Shown here: positions 50,901-64,000 of the stretch, in pieces
Layout of the letters: each line of letters opens with the position of its first letter
How positions within the stretch are numbered: the first letter of the stretch is position 1
Assembly: GCA_002633005.1 (NCBI GenBank)
Contig: NMRA01000014.1
Coordinates: 1,519,054 to 1,583,053 of the forward strand
Length of the DNA: 64,000 nucleotides
Direction of reading: 5' to 3'
From: Phoronis australis
Lineage: Eukaryota > Animalia > Phoronida
Notes under the pieces: model-generated
Told to the model about the DNA's origin: nothing
Databases searched by the model: none
Seen by the model: the letters and a program-made list of their open reading frames with translations, nothing else
Position numbers and translations under genes: made by a program

Positions 50901-53900
50901 CAAAACCCTGTATTTTCACAATGTTAGATTAAACACATTGAAAAATCTCGAGTTCTGGTCATGACAAGGGAACAAGTACTCCGACAAAAAATGACGTTCA
51001 CAATTGATTACCTGATTAGCAAAACACAAAACGTAGAAGGAGCAAGAGAGAAGGAGTAATAGTTACAAAAAATGAGTTTGAAGACAGAAATGGCTGAAAA
51101 TTTTAGAAAGCCAACGGCAGCAGACCAAGAAGATCGCGGATCTGCTCAAAATAGTTGCGAATAAAAAATGAACTGATTTGCGAAAGTTGCTTTTAACTAC
51201 GTGATATAAGTAATTTGAAACTGGACTACAAATAGAATACATTTCTCTGAAACTTATGTTAGATTAAAATAAGTTCTGATGCAAAATACTTCATATTTCA
51301 CGTCAGAAAGTATGATATATCACGCACATGTCTCTTCAACGGCATAAATTCCCCAGGGAAATTATTTTGTGAACGGTTCCTTTAGGTTGTGTCAGATATT
51401 TCGGAAAACGACCGTAGGTTAAAAATTACATGCTTGTGTGGCTTCAGTTTAGTTAAACAAAATCACTTTGTGCCACGAAACAAAATATATTTTCCGCAGA
51501 GTAAATGTACTCCTTTGCGTTGTTTACGTGACGTAGATTCAACTTGTTATATTTTGTCAAACAACATCCATAGTCTTTAGTAATTGTATATGTAAATGCT
51601 TTATTGAAACTGATTCTGAGACATACTCGAGGAGACTCGGTGAATCAATTCCAAGAAACTGACTTGTTTCGACATGTGTGGCACTTAGTCAGTATTTTTT
51701 CTGGGAAGCATTATTTTCCGACTGAGCCGAGATAACGTTTGCGCTCCACGAAGGAATTACGTAAAGAGTTCAAGGATAAGTAAGGTCATCAAATACGATA
51801 TGAACTACAGTTACCGCTGGCGTTGTCATGTGCTGCCGTAGATGGTAACAGGCGACTTTCACGGAGCATACCCGTATCATGTCGCTTTCCTTCAATCGCA
51901 TCAAACATGACTAAGACAGTACAGTAACTGACTGGAATTTCAGACCGTGTATATTTTAGAACCGTTATATACATGGCGCCGATGTTGAGTTGGTCTGCAC
52001 GTCGACCTTACTGTAACATCAAAACGCCCCTCAACAGTTGGACAATGGCATGGGAAATTGCACGCCGTCACAACAACGTATTAGTCGAGCTGTGATCTGT
52101 TTAGATCTGAATGAACATATGTTTTGAGAAAGGAATCAAGTTTCCTTATTATTATTGAAAGAATAGTATTTGACGGAGACCAGTCTAACACTTCAGACAA
52201 GCTAATAGCCTCAGTAAAATGCACATCGCTTCCACTCCCGAGCAGGTTGTCCTGGCTCTGGATCAGTATTACTGTACCAGGGATTGTCTCACGAATTAAG
52301 TAAATCAATCTTGTCAAAATGAAACAGATATTTGCATTCCTCAGGTCATTGATGCCCCGCAAACAAAACTTCCGCTTTTGATTCTTCTCAGACGGATGAA
52401 ACCTCGCCAACAACAAAAAATCGTTGTTTTCTACAAATATTAGCAGACGATTGCCCACCGTATTGGTATGAGTCTCATTATAGTACGCGTACATGTATGT
52501 TATTTAGCGGAAACTCTGAAATTAAGTACGTGAACGTGCGGCATGTAACCAACTGCACGTACAGGTACCCGTGCCCTCATATCATCTAAATCTCTCAAGT
52601 AGGTGCTTCCACCAAATAGGTGTCGTTGTTTGGAATCAATAATGATGGAGAAACGTCCCGTGAGGAACTACTGGCAAACCAGGCAACGTTCAGGACGTTT
52701 AGCATCCTGAAGTCCTTGTGACGTTTTTCAACACGGTACTTAGAGCGTTTTTTCTCAGCCCTAGCTGCTCAACTGAAACTAAGACAATTTGCGAAATTGT
52801 CTAACCCGTAACATTGTCTTCAGACTATATGCACTTTATAAAGGCTAAATAAAAGTTTACCTGGAAGATGCATCGGCCTTTGTGAAGATCCGGAGGAGAA
52901 ATTTGCCTTCCTCGTTCGGTTTGAGTGTATTGGGGATCAGAACATAGTTCCCAGGTTCCAAAGATATTCTACAGCTGATCTCTCGCTGGTTTGTGCGTGT
53001 CTGGAACTTCTTCACTAACACAGTGTCCGGGTCAGCAGTGCCGCCTAGTGGTAGAGACAGTCCATCTTGTACCTACAAACACACTATGATCAGCAGGTTA
53101 CCGTATGATACTGTTTCCTGACACAACATGACACATTTGTGCCAAGTTCAGACTTCTGTCTTTAAAAGTGAAATACAAACGTACATTAACGAATGCCAAG
53201 GAAAGTGAACAGAATGTTTTACCTTGAATAAGTCGAAGCCAATCAACAGTTTGCGAGACTTAGCGACTCCAATAGGTGGATCTCTGTACTTTTGCATCAA
53301 AGACACGATACACTCGCATTTGTCTTGATCGATCGGTCTGTCCAATGTGATGTTGTACTGGGGATTTCTGTACAGCATATCTAAAGAACACAAGGGTTTT
53401 GTTAGGCGTGTCGAGCTACTAGAACCTAGGCAAGGTAACCACGAATAATTCTGACACAAGTCTGCAACTCTTACCGCTTTCACCAATCACCCCAGCACCC
53501 CCTGCAGAGAGACCGCGAACCCATTCGCCATGGAGAGAGGTTTCTTGCCAAGTTTCGGTTCTGGTAACCTTGAATGGATTCGGATAAGTTGACATAAATA
53601 AGATAGTGAACGTGCAGTGCGATACTTTATTAACACTTTAAAAACTTTGTAGTTGGGAAAACAAAATTTGGTAACAACAATAGATTTACAAATTAAATCA
53701 TCGATTTTTCTTTTGTAAAAACAAAGTTCAAGAAAAACCTTATAGAAAACGGTTTCTTAAAATTAAAATAGTTGTCGACTTCACTTGTGAGGTACATTTC
53801 ATTTCGGATTAACTTTACCGTAAAGTTTCTTTATCATACAACTAAGGTGTGGAAGAGGGTTTAGAACTAAATGAAACATTTACAGGAAAGGATACAAAAA

Positions 53901-56900
53901 GATGCTAACCTGCTTATCCGAGCTGTAATCTACTTGATACAGAGCTGGAACTGTGTGTACAATATCAACCACGGAAAAGTTCTGAAGCCAATCACTGAAC
54001 TCGATCCAGAATTCACCCTCCTCTTGAACTACCAAACTGAGATGGACTTTCTCGCTTTCCGACAGACGCGTCCACTCTTTTGATCTACACGGACGTAAAG
54101 TGAAGTTGCGTGAGTCCACGGACCTCATAGTAATTGTGTTTAGACTTGACAAAATATTGCAGTCACGATGTATAACTTTTGAAGCACATATTGTCACATC
54201 AGAAACACAAATAATTAACAAATTGCATTCATTGCTTCGTTTAACCCGCACACTTTACGCGCTGCTGATTCTGCTGTAAGATATGGGGCCACCTACCGGT
54301 CACTCCACGGTCCCGTCCATTCACCCTGCCCCCAGGGGTTGCGAACTCTTAACAGCTGCTTTCGAATCCCGTAGATGTTTATCTGTGGAAAAAACGTTTA
54401 AACCAAGACACCGTAAGTCAAATTTCGCAAGATCCGGTTGTACTGTCCAAGTGAATAGAGTCTGCACAGTTTAATGACCACTACACTCGACATTCATCGT
54501 AAACGTGAAGTCTTTGTAGAAACACCGTGATGTATGAAAAATCCTACCACAACGGATTTTGGTGTTGTCATTGACAGGGCGAGTCTACTACATGTACATT
54601 TATTTAGCCAACTAAACTTTATAAAAACAAGCTCGCTATTGAAGAAACAAATCACAAACCGGAATTATGCACTACTTACTTCCACCACATTCGTTATGGT
54701 GTAGGCGTGACCTGCATATAGCCCAGTCTCAAGCTTTATCTCTGTTGTAGCTCCTTTTTGTGGCTAAAACACAGAGAAGACGCATAAATACATAATTTCT
54801 AAGGGTATATTCATAGATGTTACACTGATTTCAACTACGTTTTGCGCAAGAGGTGATGGATAAACATAAAATAACCTTCGTCAAATAGTTGCGAGATAGA
54901 ACATATTGGGTACCACAAACTGTGCCATTTGTATTTATTTCACACGGTATGGTCACCGAACAATCAGGGGTACGTTCCATTAAATTCTCTTACGAGACTG
55001 ACTAGATCAAGTGATTTGATGTTTAATATTACTGTTCGTCACTAAGCAGGACGGCGCTCTTTCCGGCATACAAAAATATATGGCTCCTACGGTGCTGGAA
55101 TATTGTACACATGGAAGAAAACTCAATGTAAACACAGTTTCCTCTCCCTAGTAAGTGATTATTTCTCTCCGTCATTGTCTCTATAATGAGAAGCCTTACA
55201 GACCGTGCCCCTTGGGAAGATTGTTGTGATGCTGGAGAGCGCGTGATCTCAACAGGGTTGATGACTTGGGTTGTCGCAAGAATCTCGCGAAGACAAATAA
55301 TGTGATCACGTGCTTTGCTTTCAATACACGGCGATATTTCGAAGAAGTTTTGCGTGATCTTGTATCTTTGCGAAGGTTTCGCGTTCACGGAACACACGCC
55401 AGTCTTCGCAAGATATTTGCAATACATTACAAGCAAAGCACGTGATCACACTAGTGTGCGGAACGGTCTCCTGATATTTTAAATAGCGGACACCTGCGGA
55501 GACACTTGGAGGCCAACATTTCGTTCGAAAATCGTTATGCTTTGTCACTCACAGGGTGGAGAAAATCAAGCCACCATTTACGTTTCCAGTTGAGTAAAAC
55601 TATGGCGATTTTCTAACAATGTATATTTATCATTTAATGAAGAAAGTTCCTTTTTTGTAAAGTTTAAACACCATTACGAGGCAACTCACATAAATACCAC
55701 ACCCAAGAAGTGAACCTGAGAGGAACGACTCCAGCATAATCTTGAACAAGTTATGGGGGACGTTATGCTTCTTCTTCAAGTTGTAGCTTTCCGATATGCC
55801 GCCAGTAAAGTTCACCAGTGCGTCACGTACAAATCCGGCATAAATCCCAGCGTAACTCCCGTGCAACCTGAAAAAATCTCACAATTTGCATCAAATTTCC
55901 TACTAAAATACAGAAACGTACGAGACTACTGCTTATAGTAAAACATTGTTAATTGTTTAAGCAAACCTGCCAAAAAAATAAAAAAGTCACCAATGTGCCA
56001 AAATGAAGATAACGATGTTTTATTCACTCATTATATGAACTAATCAGGGAAGGATCCAACCCAACAGGTATTGTTATAACCTGACTAAGATTGGCTCAGA
56101 ACTGAAATCGTCCAAGATAATTAAAACGTACAAGAATGCAAAAAACCTACATGGCATAAGTATGTCATACTTAGCGTAAGCTTTCTCAATCAGGGCTCCC
56201 CACATTTCATTCGGCTCCTCAGTATTATTTCCAAATACCAGTTTGTCATCACGGACGGGTAGCCAGTCGTCAACGACAACCTCCGTCCACTTGCCGTCCC
56301 ACCAAAAATTGAAGTGGAAGATACCTGGAAATGGTGCAGAATACGTGTGAAAAAAATTCATAAACGTAAACTTCCACGCAGGTTTTATTATCTCAAACTG
56401 GTCTTAAAGGAGAATGCTATCCGATTTGATTAGTTTTTGCTACCGTCTTAATCGGTCTATATCCACCTCGTATTCACCTCTTTCACGAACGCGGGGCGCT
56501 GCTGTCGTGTTGATCGAAAACGAGGTGCCTTGACAAACATGGCATCGTCCTGCAAGGTGGTGTGGTCAAAAGACTTATCAACGTTACCAAAGAAAAGCAG
56601 TTTTAAATTTAAAGCAAACGTTTAATTTAGTTGACCCTTGGAGAGTTTACAATCCAGACCGTTCCTCTTTTACATGGAGTAGGAAAAACCCAGTTAAGAA
56701 ATCTCGCCTTGACTTTTTTCTAATTTCCGACGAGTTATTATCTTTGTTAAACACAGTGGAGATAATCCCGGGCTACAGAACTGACCATTCAGCCATTCGG
56801 TTGGAGATAAAATTGCACTCTTTTGAACGTGGTAGAGGCTTATGGAAATTTAATAATTCTCTACTCCGGGACAAAAAGTATGTNNNNNNNNNNNNNNNNN

Positions 56901-59900
56901 NNNNNNNNNNNNNNNNNNNNNNNNNNNNNNNNNNNNNNNNNNNNNNNNNNNNNNNNNNNNNNNNTGTTTCGGAAGTGGTTCCCAGAAGTAAAGAACGAAA
57001 AGCACGCCGTTAATACCAAGTATGAGGCCGAGAAATATCTCAGTGTCTGTGGCCGGAATTGTCCTGTTTCAAATTGAATTATTTTGACCCTAACCAATGC
57101 TTATATAAAATTGAAACAAATTGTCAAAGTCTGTCTCAGTAGATGCAATGTGTAATGCCTTAGAAGTATTCGCGAATGCAAACGTTTTGAGAAATCAACA
57201 ATGAATAAATTGTACTACGTTATCGGCTTCAGAAGTAAATTGACCGCCGTATGGGCGTACGCTAAATCAATGTTTGCTAACAGAACGCTGTTGTGAAACT
57301 AGAACTTGATTTTATATGCTATGGTCAGATGTTAGGGAAACCTTCATTTAGTTATATGTACATTATTCACACTATTGTTATTGTACATCTAATTTTTCCT
57401 GCTCGGTTCTGTGGATGGGGACTACCTGGCTTAGCGCGCCCCCCGACGATTGCGTAGATTTACACCAAAACATTCACGTGCACATTATTTCTTTGATTCA
57501 GTAGCCTATTCTTTTCGTGACTGGAAGTTTAGTTTTCAACTTTCGCAGCCGACTAACCCGACTGGTTTATGTTTGTTATGTCTCCAGTCCGAACGCGACG
57601 GGCCTGATCGGGTTCCAGCGAGCCACTGGGTTATAACGAGTGTTTTGTGTTTAGAACTGAAAAAATCTCAACTAAGATTTACAACACGCGATTATGCTCT
57701 CCTATTCTGTCTGTCTGCCTGTCTGTATTTCACGGAAGAACAATTCTAATTTATCACCGAACAGACTCCAAACTTCCCAAGACCGACCTCGGTAAGTTGA
57801 CCTACGCAACTTTATAGGATACGGTACGTTAAAAATTTCTACAAATCCATAACAGCGAAATAAAACAACTCATTTGTTTAAAAACTCAATGCATTTGCAA
57901 GGGTTTTACATCGAATTTTGATGATTTATTGGTGTAAAACGATGAACTCAAGCGATAACCTGACCTCAGTGAGCACTTTGTAAACTACTGAGCAGACCCT
58001 GTTATAACCTGTGACGTCATTGGTTAATATCAGCACCTCTGTCTGCCGTCTTTTGTCAGGTAAAAGAACTGAACTTGCTGTTATCGAGTGGAACTACTCG
58101 ATCTAAATTGATACAAAATACGGTGTTTTTTCTGTGACATTCTCCTTTAAAAGACTTTGGTCAGAAGTATTGGCTTTCACAATTACTGAATATTTTTTGC
58201 TATATAATTATAAGCATCACAGTTAAGGTGTACTTGTCAAATGTAACAAGTGTCTACGTTTGATGTAAGGTATTTTCGTGTAATTAGCCAAATTAGCCAA
58301 TGGATTTGGTAAAAAATGAAAACATTAATGTAGAGTGGTTTCCTAGAACAAGTGTCTGCCAGATAAGCTGTTTTTCTCACCACATTTAATGGGAAAGCCA
58401 ATATCTCACTCAAGAGTTAAACGTCAACGGTCCGAGTTCTGAACACACATTTGTGTCAGAAGTAGATTGGCACTGTTTATAGTTCTATAAGTTTTATTTT
58501 GCTCACTAGCAGATATCACTTGATTGTCATGACCCATGAGGTCACGCCAGTGATGATGTAATTTATTTGCAATAGAATGCTAGAGAACATTCCAGACGTT
58601 TCTAGTACACAGTGATTAAAATAGAATCGTAGCCTGGAACATTTTAGAAACTAATATATCTGTAAAATGATTTCGTAGATTCGGTAAAGGTCTACACTGA
58701 GGTTAGATTGGTGGAAAGTTGTAGTAACAACATCAGTAGTTACAACGATAGTCAACAGAGAGCCAGCTATAAAGACAACATGTTTCGGAATCAACGAGAG
58801 TAATAGTTGCTGGAAGTGACCTAAGAGTTCGTCACATAAGTCAAAACTTCGCAGCATTTGCTGGAGCTTAGAACAAACATAACGTCGAACATTTGAGCAG
58901 ACCTGTGAACATATGCGATCGACATTAATAAAGTGATTGACTGGAATTAGCGGTCTCCAGTCCATCACCGCACCGAAACCTATTCAATAGCACTGACCAA
59001 TGACATCATGCGCTTCGCCCATACACGGGCTAAATCGTGACAAGCTGACTAGAGAGGGATACACAACGTAGGATACAATAAATCTACTCGGATCCCAAAC
59101 ACTTTGAGAATCGATTCTTGAGGATCCAGAATGGCTGTTCCAGTCGATTTTGCCACCTTGTACTTGGGAAATAGAACAAATTTAAAGTTTGGTGTCTTAT
59201 GTGGATACCTCGTATCACTTACACAGATCGAATGATAAAACGGAAACTGCAAATCAAGCAAAGCCGAGCAAACTCTGCCCGTTTTGTGATAACTTCCCAA
59301 ATCTACAAACAAAAGGTCATACCAACATAACAGCAAGGTGTGCCCAAGTAGCGAGTCCTGATTGCCAGTTTGACTGAGTTTTACTGCCACTCATCCATGC
59401 CAGCGAATATTTTGTAGAGATGTATTGTTTTTATGAGTGCCAGTGGTAATAGTTACAATGACGTAATATTTTCCTCACCTGCGTACTTTTCATCATCGAA
59501 GCCTTGGTCTAGCGGCACAACACGGCGGAACAAGTCAGGTTTCGTTGCCAGAGCAGCAATGGCCGCAACAAACCAACAGTCGCCTGTGGAATAACATGTC
59601 TGTTCGAGCACGTCTATTAATTTTCATATACAGTCGTGACATTGAGCCATATGATACTTGAGATGTGTCAGGTATTTGACAAGGCACTTTGGTACTTTGG
59701 TACAAACAAAAAGTTAAGATGGGAAGAGAAGAAATTTAGACGACCTCCAATGAAAAACGTGTAAACCTGTGGGAAATAACGCCGACAAGTGGCTATAGCG
59801 GTAGACTCATCAAGCTCATTGGGTCAATATGCGATACTGGTTGAATTTTAGTAAGTTTGATGTTTTCCATTAAAAGAGCAGGAAGTAGTCACCGGTGATT

Positions 59901-61584
59901 GGCGATGGATATTTTTTAAAAAGCTTATAACATATTACTGATAAATTTTTTGATCCCCAATTAAAATAATCATGTGGATGGAAAACCACGTATGAGCTAA
60001 GTTGCTAATTATCTGTCTAATTATTTTAATAATTTTAAAAAAATGTTTTGAGCTAATCTCATTCAATACAAAAACAGCTGCATTCGTTGTCAGATAAACA
60101 TGAACACCATGATCTGCAAAATACATTAGTTCCTAAGCTGCACCAGATTAACACAACTTTAGGCATGGTGGCTCTCACCCAATTGAACTACATGTACAAA
60201 TTGAAAATGCAATGACGCATACTTGATTCAGTAAATGTGCAACTTTGAGAAACTCGCATCTCTAACCATTAAATGTCTTATGCAATCACTTGAATAATCA
60301 ACATTGGGATTCTCCGGCTAATTAAAACTTCGATACCAGTCACTTTTTAAGTCGAGAACACGCACGGCATGGTCATAAGCATACATGTAGCTGGAATGAC
60401 ACAGCAGCGTGTCAGAAGTGAAATTACCTTGTGTCAGTTTCATTTACTCAAGTCTCAGATAAGCATGACCATAACTTAAGATTAAGGTAATGGTGGCCAG
60501 AGCGGTTAGTAAGCGACTTGGCAGAGGTCGAGATATTTTCACAGTTTCTACCACTACAGCTATTAAGGGCGATGGTGTTATCCTGGGCACTTCTGGAATT
60601 AGGAAGAGTATTTACTCTTTCCATTTCCGGACACTCCGTCAATATAAAAAATATCAATCACTTATTGTGGTGTTTCTAGACATATGACCATTTAATAACC
60701 ATATTAGTTATGTCACGGAGTGATATATCGATTTGACGAGAAATTTGAAACTTGGCTTGCGAGGGTCTTGAACTTGGGTCTCAGAATTTGCAAGCGCACA
60801 CGTGACCGCTAAGCCCCGGCACGCGCACTACAAGCAGCTATTTTGAACAAAAATGTATATAAACAAGTTGTGCGCAAGGATACTCAGTGCCTGAGATGTA
60901 TTACTTGAGTGTAATATCAGAATATTACTTTACGTAAAAAGGGAACTTTCGAACATTTATTAATCGATACACGCGAAACAACCAAACTTCAAAGTACCAG
61001 TAGGCATTGTAGCTGAAAAAATAACAATTCTAGTCAGTAATAAAACACTGTCAAATACGTAACTAGGTAAAAATACAAGTTTGACAGAGCAGGCGACAAA
61101 TATCACTATATTTTTGTTGTCATTAGTGTTCACCTGATGACCTATGACGTCATCCAAGTAGTTCCAACAGCATCAATATGAAGGAACTGGAGGTTTCTAC
61201 CTGACACCAAGTGTTATTTACATCACAGAAAAGTGAGGGATAAACAGGTTATTGAATGGTTCCGGGGTTATTAAACGTATTATGAGGAACTCGATGGTTT
61301 TTAGAAAAAAATATGATCTTAGGCTTCGCCTTTGAGTGATATCTTTTCTAAAAGCCATCTCTTCCCTCATAATACGTTTGATAACGCCAGAATCATTTAA
61401 GAACTTATATTTTTCACACGAACTGGAATGTGTGTGATTAATTTATGCAAGTTTTAAAGGGTTTCTCATTGTTGAAAGATGTCCCGCCTTTTGTGCCTTC
61501 GCAATTCAACTCACCCCACTTTCCTTGAGTTAAATCAAAGCGACTTATACCCTCAGTGATGAACTCAGGTTTCACGCAGATTTC
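41917..61584 (-). CDS. Classical calpain (CysPc protease, C2-like and penta-EF-hand domains); the 5' exon(s) lie beyond the window
   Basis: Exons 61584-61515, 59583-59479, 56324-56171, 55867-55690, 54763-54680, 54382-54297, 54084-53910, 53568-53475, 53380-53223, 53072-52861, 48861-48813, 48197-48083, 47570-47509, 46410-46263, 45249-45133, 43841-43795, 41943-41917 (1881 nt, phases match). Motifs QGKWGDCW (Cys), GHAY (His), RNPWG (Asn), VVVDDWLP, LIEKAYAK, NPQY, PGNYVLIP, EF loops DTNKNGSLTFGE and DVNKENRIDFHE; ends WLAETVLL*. Confidence 0.92.
44917..44985. repeat. Imperfect palindrome (MITE-like remnant)
   Basis: tattgtcacac.aaacacatattgt ... acaatatgtgtagggtgcgacaata. Confidence 0.55.
46411..47508 (-). 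other. U12-type (minor spliceosome) GT-AG intron in calpain
   Basis: Donor GAC|GTATCCTTTT; branch-like GCCTTAAT about 13 nt before AG; no polypyrimidine tract; splicing rebuilds an EF-hand loop. Confidence 0.85.
50423..50579 (-). mobile_element. hAT5-like MITE with a perfect 5-bp TSD
   Basis: tattt|caggggcagatcc ... aaatccgccactg|tattt; same family as 18363-18511. Confidence 0.8.
55301..55450. mobile_element. MITE-like element with a perfect 20-bp inverted repeat
   Basis: tgtgatcacgtgctttgctt / aagcaaagcacgtgatcaca. Confidence 0.75.
56408..58146. mobile_element. Kolobok-like element (TTAA flanks, AGGAGAATG TIR) spanning a gap
   Basis: ttaa|aggagaatg ... cattctcct|ttaa; the TIR is short and the internal N gap makes the pairing uncertain. 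Confidence 0.5.
56621..56883 (+). mobile_element. L1/Tx1-clade LINE endonuclease fragment, uninterrupted and running into the gap
   Basis: DPWRVYNP...FTWSRKNPVKKSRLDFFLIS...PGYRTDHS...RGRGLWKFNNSLL. Confidence 0.9.
59150..59245 (-). mobile_element. THAP-like remnant
   Basis: ICVSDTRYPHKTPNFKFVLFPK resembles the C.SD.RYP....F..FPK N-terminus of invertebrate transposon THAP domains. Confidence 0.5.
60751..60820 (-). mobile_element. Degenerate tRNA-derived SINE head
   Basis: Minus strand gccggGGCTTAGCGGtcacgtgtgcgcttgcaaattctgagacccaaGTTCAAGACCctcgc, with A- and B-box-like motifs. Confidence 0.45.
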
Positions 61585-63891
61585 CTGCAAGACAGGTGAT
61601 CTTTAGAAAACATAGTTGGGGATAAAGAAAGACAAATTGCAGCAACGCAAACGCTGGCCTCCTTTCACACAGCTTGTGAAGCAGGTCTCAAATAGCAACA
61701 CAACTACGTTCCCTAAAATTTCAGCGCATTTGTGGATTTGTGCAAACACTGATAGGAATTTCTTCGGCTATTTCATCTTCTTTGCTAAGTCAATTTTAGC
61801 TTTGATACCTACCGAGAGTAAACCCGTTGAAAAAGTGTAACGTCACTAATTTAAGGAACAAGTTTACTTATTCTGAGTTAATATTAGAAAATATAATAAA
61901 GATGATGTGACAGCAACAATTACATTAGAGAGTAAAAAGTCTACAAATGAGCTGTTAGGACTGGTTCTCGCAACCTACCTCAGAGGTCCATTGAATAAAA
62001 AGTAATAGAAATTTCGTCTTACACATTTATTTCCGAAAAATAATGTAAATCTAAAGTGTAAAGTCTCTGAAGGCACACCCATTAGTCTTCCTGCTAGTTA
62101 CTCAAATTTCTAAATTGCAATGTGCTAACAATTAAAAGACACACAGTTTATTAAGTAATTCGGCAGATTCCATTCCGGCGCTACTCTCGTTTTTCAAACT
62201 ATTTGTGGGTCAACTTATCAACATCCGGTGACATCACAGATAAGTTGGCGACGTGCGTAAACAATACGTTGGAAAACAACACTTGAGTGCCCCAGAAATG
62301 AAAGCACGGGTCCGCTATGANNNNNNNNNNNNNNNNNNNNNNNNNNNNNNNNNNNNNNNNNNNNNNNNNNNNNNNNNNNNNNNNNNNNNNNNNNNNNNNN
62401 NNNNNNNNNNNNNNNNNNNNNNNNNNNNNNNNNNNNNNNNNNNNNNNNNNNNNNNNNNNNNNNNNNNNNNNNNNNNNNNNNNNNNNNNNNNNNNNNNNNN
62501 NNNNNNNNNNNNNNNNNNATCGATACACGCGAAACAACCAAACTTCAAAGTACCAGTAGGCATTGTAGCTGAAAAAATAACAATTCTAGTCAGTAATAAA
62601 ACACTGTCAAATACGTAACTAGGTAAAAATACAAGTTTGACAGAGCAGGCGACAAATATCACTATATTTTTGTTGTCATTAGTGTTCACCTGATGACCTA
62701 TGACGTCATCCAAGTAGTTCCAACAGCATCAATATGAAGGAACTGGAGGTTTCTACCTGACACCAAGTGTTATTTATATCACAGAAAAGTGAGGGATAAA
62801 CAGGTTATTGAATGGTTCCGGGGTTATTAAACGTATTATGAGGAACTCGATGGTTTTTAGAAAAAAATGTGATCTTAGGCTTCGCCTTTGAGTGATATCT
62901 TTTCTAAAAGCCATCTCTTCCCTCATAACACGTTTGATAACGCCAGAATCATTTAATAACTTATATTTTTTCACATGAACTGGAATGTGTGTGATTAATT
63001 TGTGCAAGTTTTAAAGTTTTTCTCATTGTTGAAAGATGTCCCGCCTATTGTGCCTTCGCGATTCAACTCACCCCACTTTCCTTGAGTTAAATCAAAGCGA
63101 CTTATACCCTCAGTGATGAACTCAGGTTTCACGCAGATTTCCTGAAAGACAGGTGATCTTTAGAAAACATAGTTGGGGATAAAGAAAGACAAGTTGCAGC
63201 AACGCAAACGCTGGCCTCCTTTCACACAGCTTGTGAAGCAGGTCTCAAATAGCAAGTCAACTACGTTCCCTAAAATTTCAGCGCATTTGTGGATTTGTGC
63301 AAACACTGATAGGAATTTCTTCGGCTATTTCATCTTCTTTACTAAGTCAATTTTAGCTTTGATACCTACCGAGAGTAAACCCGTTGAATAAGTGTAACGT
63401 CACTAATTTAAGGAATAAGTTTACTTATTTTGAGGTAATATTAGAAAATGTAATAAAGATGATGTGACAGCAACAATTACAATAGAGAGTAAAAAAGTCC
63501 ATAAATGAGCTGTTTGGACTGTTTCTCGCAACCTACGTCAGGGGTCCATTTAATAAAAAGTAATTAGGGCTTAAGTCAGAAATTTCGTCTTACACATCTA
63601 TTTCCGAAAAATAATGTAAATCTAAAGTGTAAAGTCTCTGAAGGCACACCCATTAGTCTTCCTGCTAGTTACTCAAATTTCTAAATTGGAATGTGCTAAC
63701 AATTAAATGACACAAAGTTTACTAAGTAATTCGGCAGATTCCATTCCGGCGCTACTCTCGTTTTTCAAACTATTTGTGGATCAACTTATCAACATCCGGT
63801 GACATCACAGATGAGTTGGCGACGTGCGTAAACAATACGTTGGAAAACAACACTTGAGTGCCCCAGAAATGAAAGCACGGGTCCGCTATGA
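60963..63891. repeat. Tandem near-identical ~1.36-kb copies (60963-62320 and 62519-63891) flanking an N gap
   Basis: Colinear from atcgatacacgcgaaac to gtccgctatga, with scattered SNPs and small indels. Confidence 0.95.
63072..63141 (-). CDS. Second copy of the calpain exon EICVKPEFITEGISRFDLTQGKW
   Basis: Identical to 61584-61515 with intact AG/GT. Confidence 0.75.
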
Positions 63892-64000
63892 CATGCTTGT
63901 TGGTGCGTGTGCGATTAAAATCGTCATGCAAATGAAAGGCTGAGGTGTGCGTCAAAATACATCGAATTAATAGATAGCCTAATTACACGCAAAAAGCGAT

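Noticed and set aside
54315-54340. Apparent frameshift after RNPWG in calpain
   Set aside because: Recounting the C run shows AAC CCC TGG GGG CAG GGT GAA TGG is in frame

Overview
Animal (probably marine invertebrate) nuclear DNA: AT-rich, intron-rich, with several N gaps. There is no sign of a prokaryotic system or CRISPR array. Four protein-coding genes were reconstructed by hand with consistent splice phases. (1) The 3' part (15 exons) of a lysosomal alpha-mannosidase (MAN2B1-like, + strand), with one likely GC-AG intron. (2) An intronless atonal-family bHLH gene (- strand). (3) A complete 7-exon, 349-aa heparan-sulfate/uronyl 2-O-sulfotransferase-like gene (- strand). (4) Most of a classical calpain (CysPc-C2L-penta-EF-hand, - strand), with an intact catalytic triad and a U12-type intron. 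Two near-identical blocks sit on either side of N gaps (26741-34270 vs 34584-44611, and 60963-62320 vs 62519-63891). They are most likely two haplotypes assembled in tandem. If the larger one is real, it permits an in-frame sulfotransferase-calpain chimeric transcript. Non-coding DNA is full of decayed LINEs, tRNA-derived SINEs, MITEs (Kolobok-, hAT5-, Harbinger- and P-like) and at least four THAP-domain fossils. I found several unusual local features but nothing I can defend as a wholly new biological system. All coordinates and alignments were done by eye.
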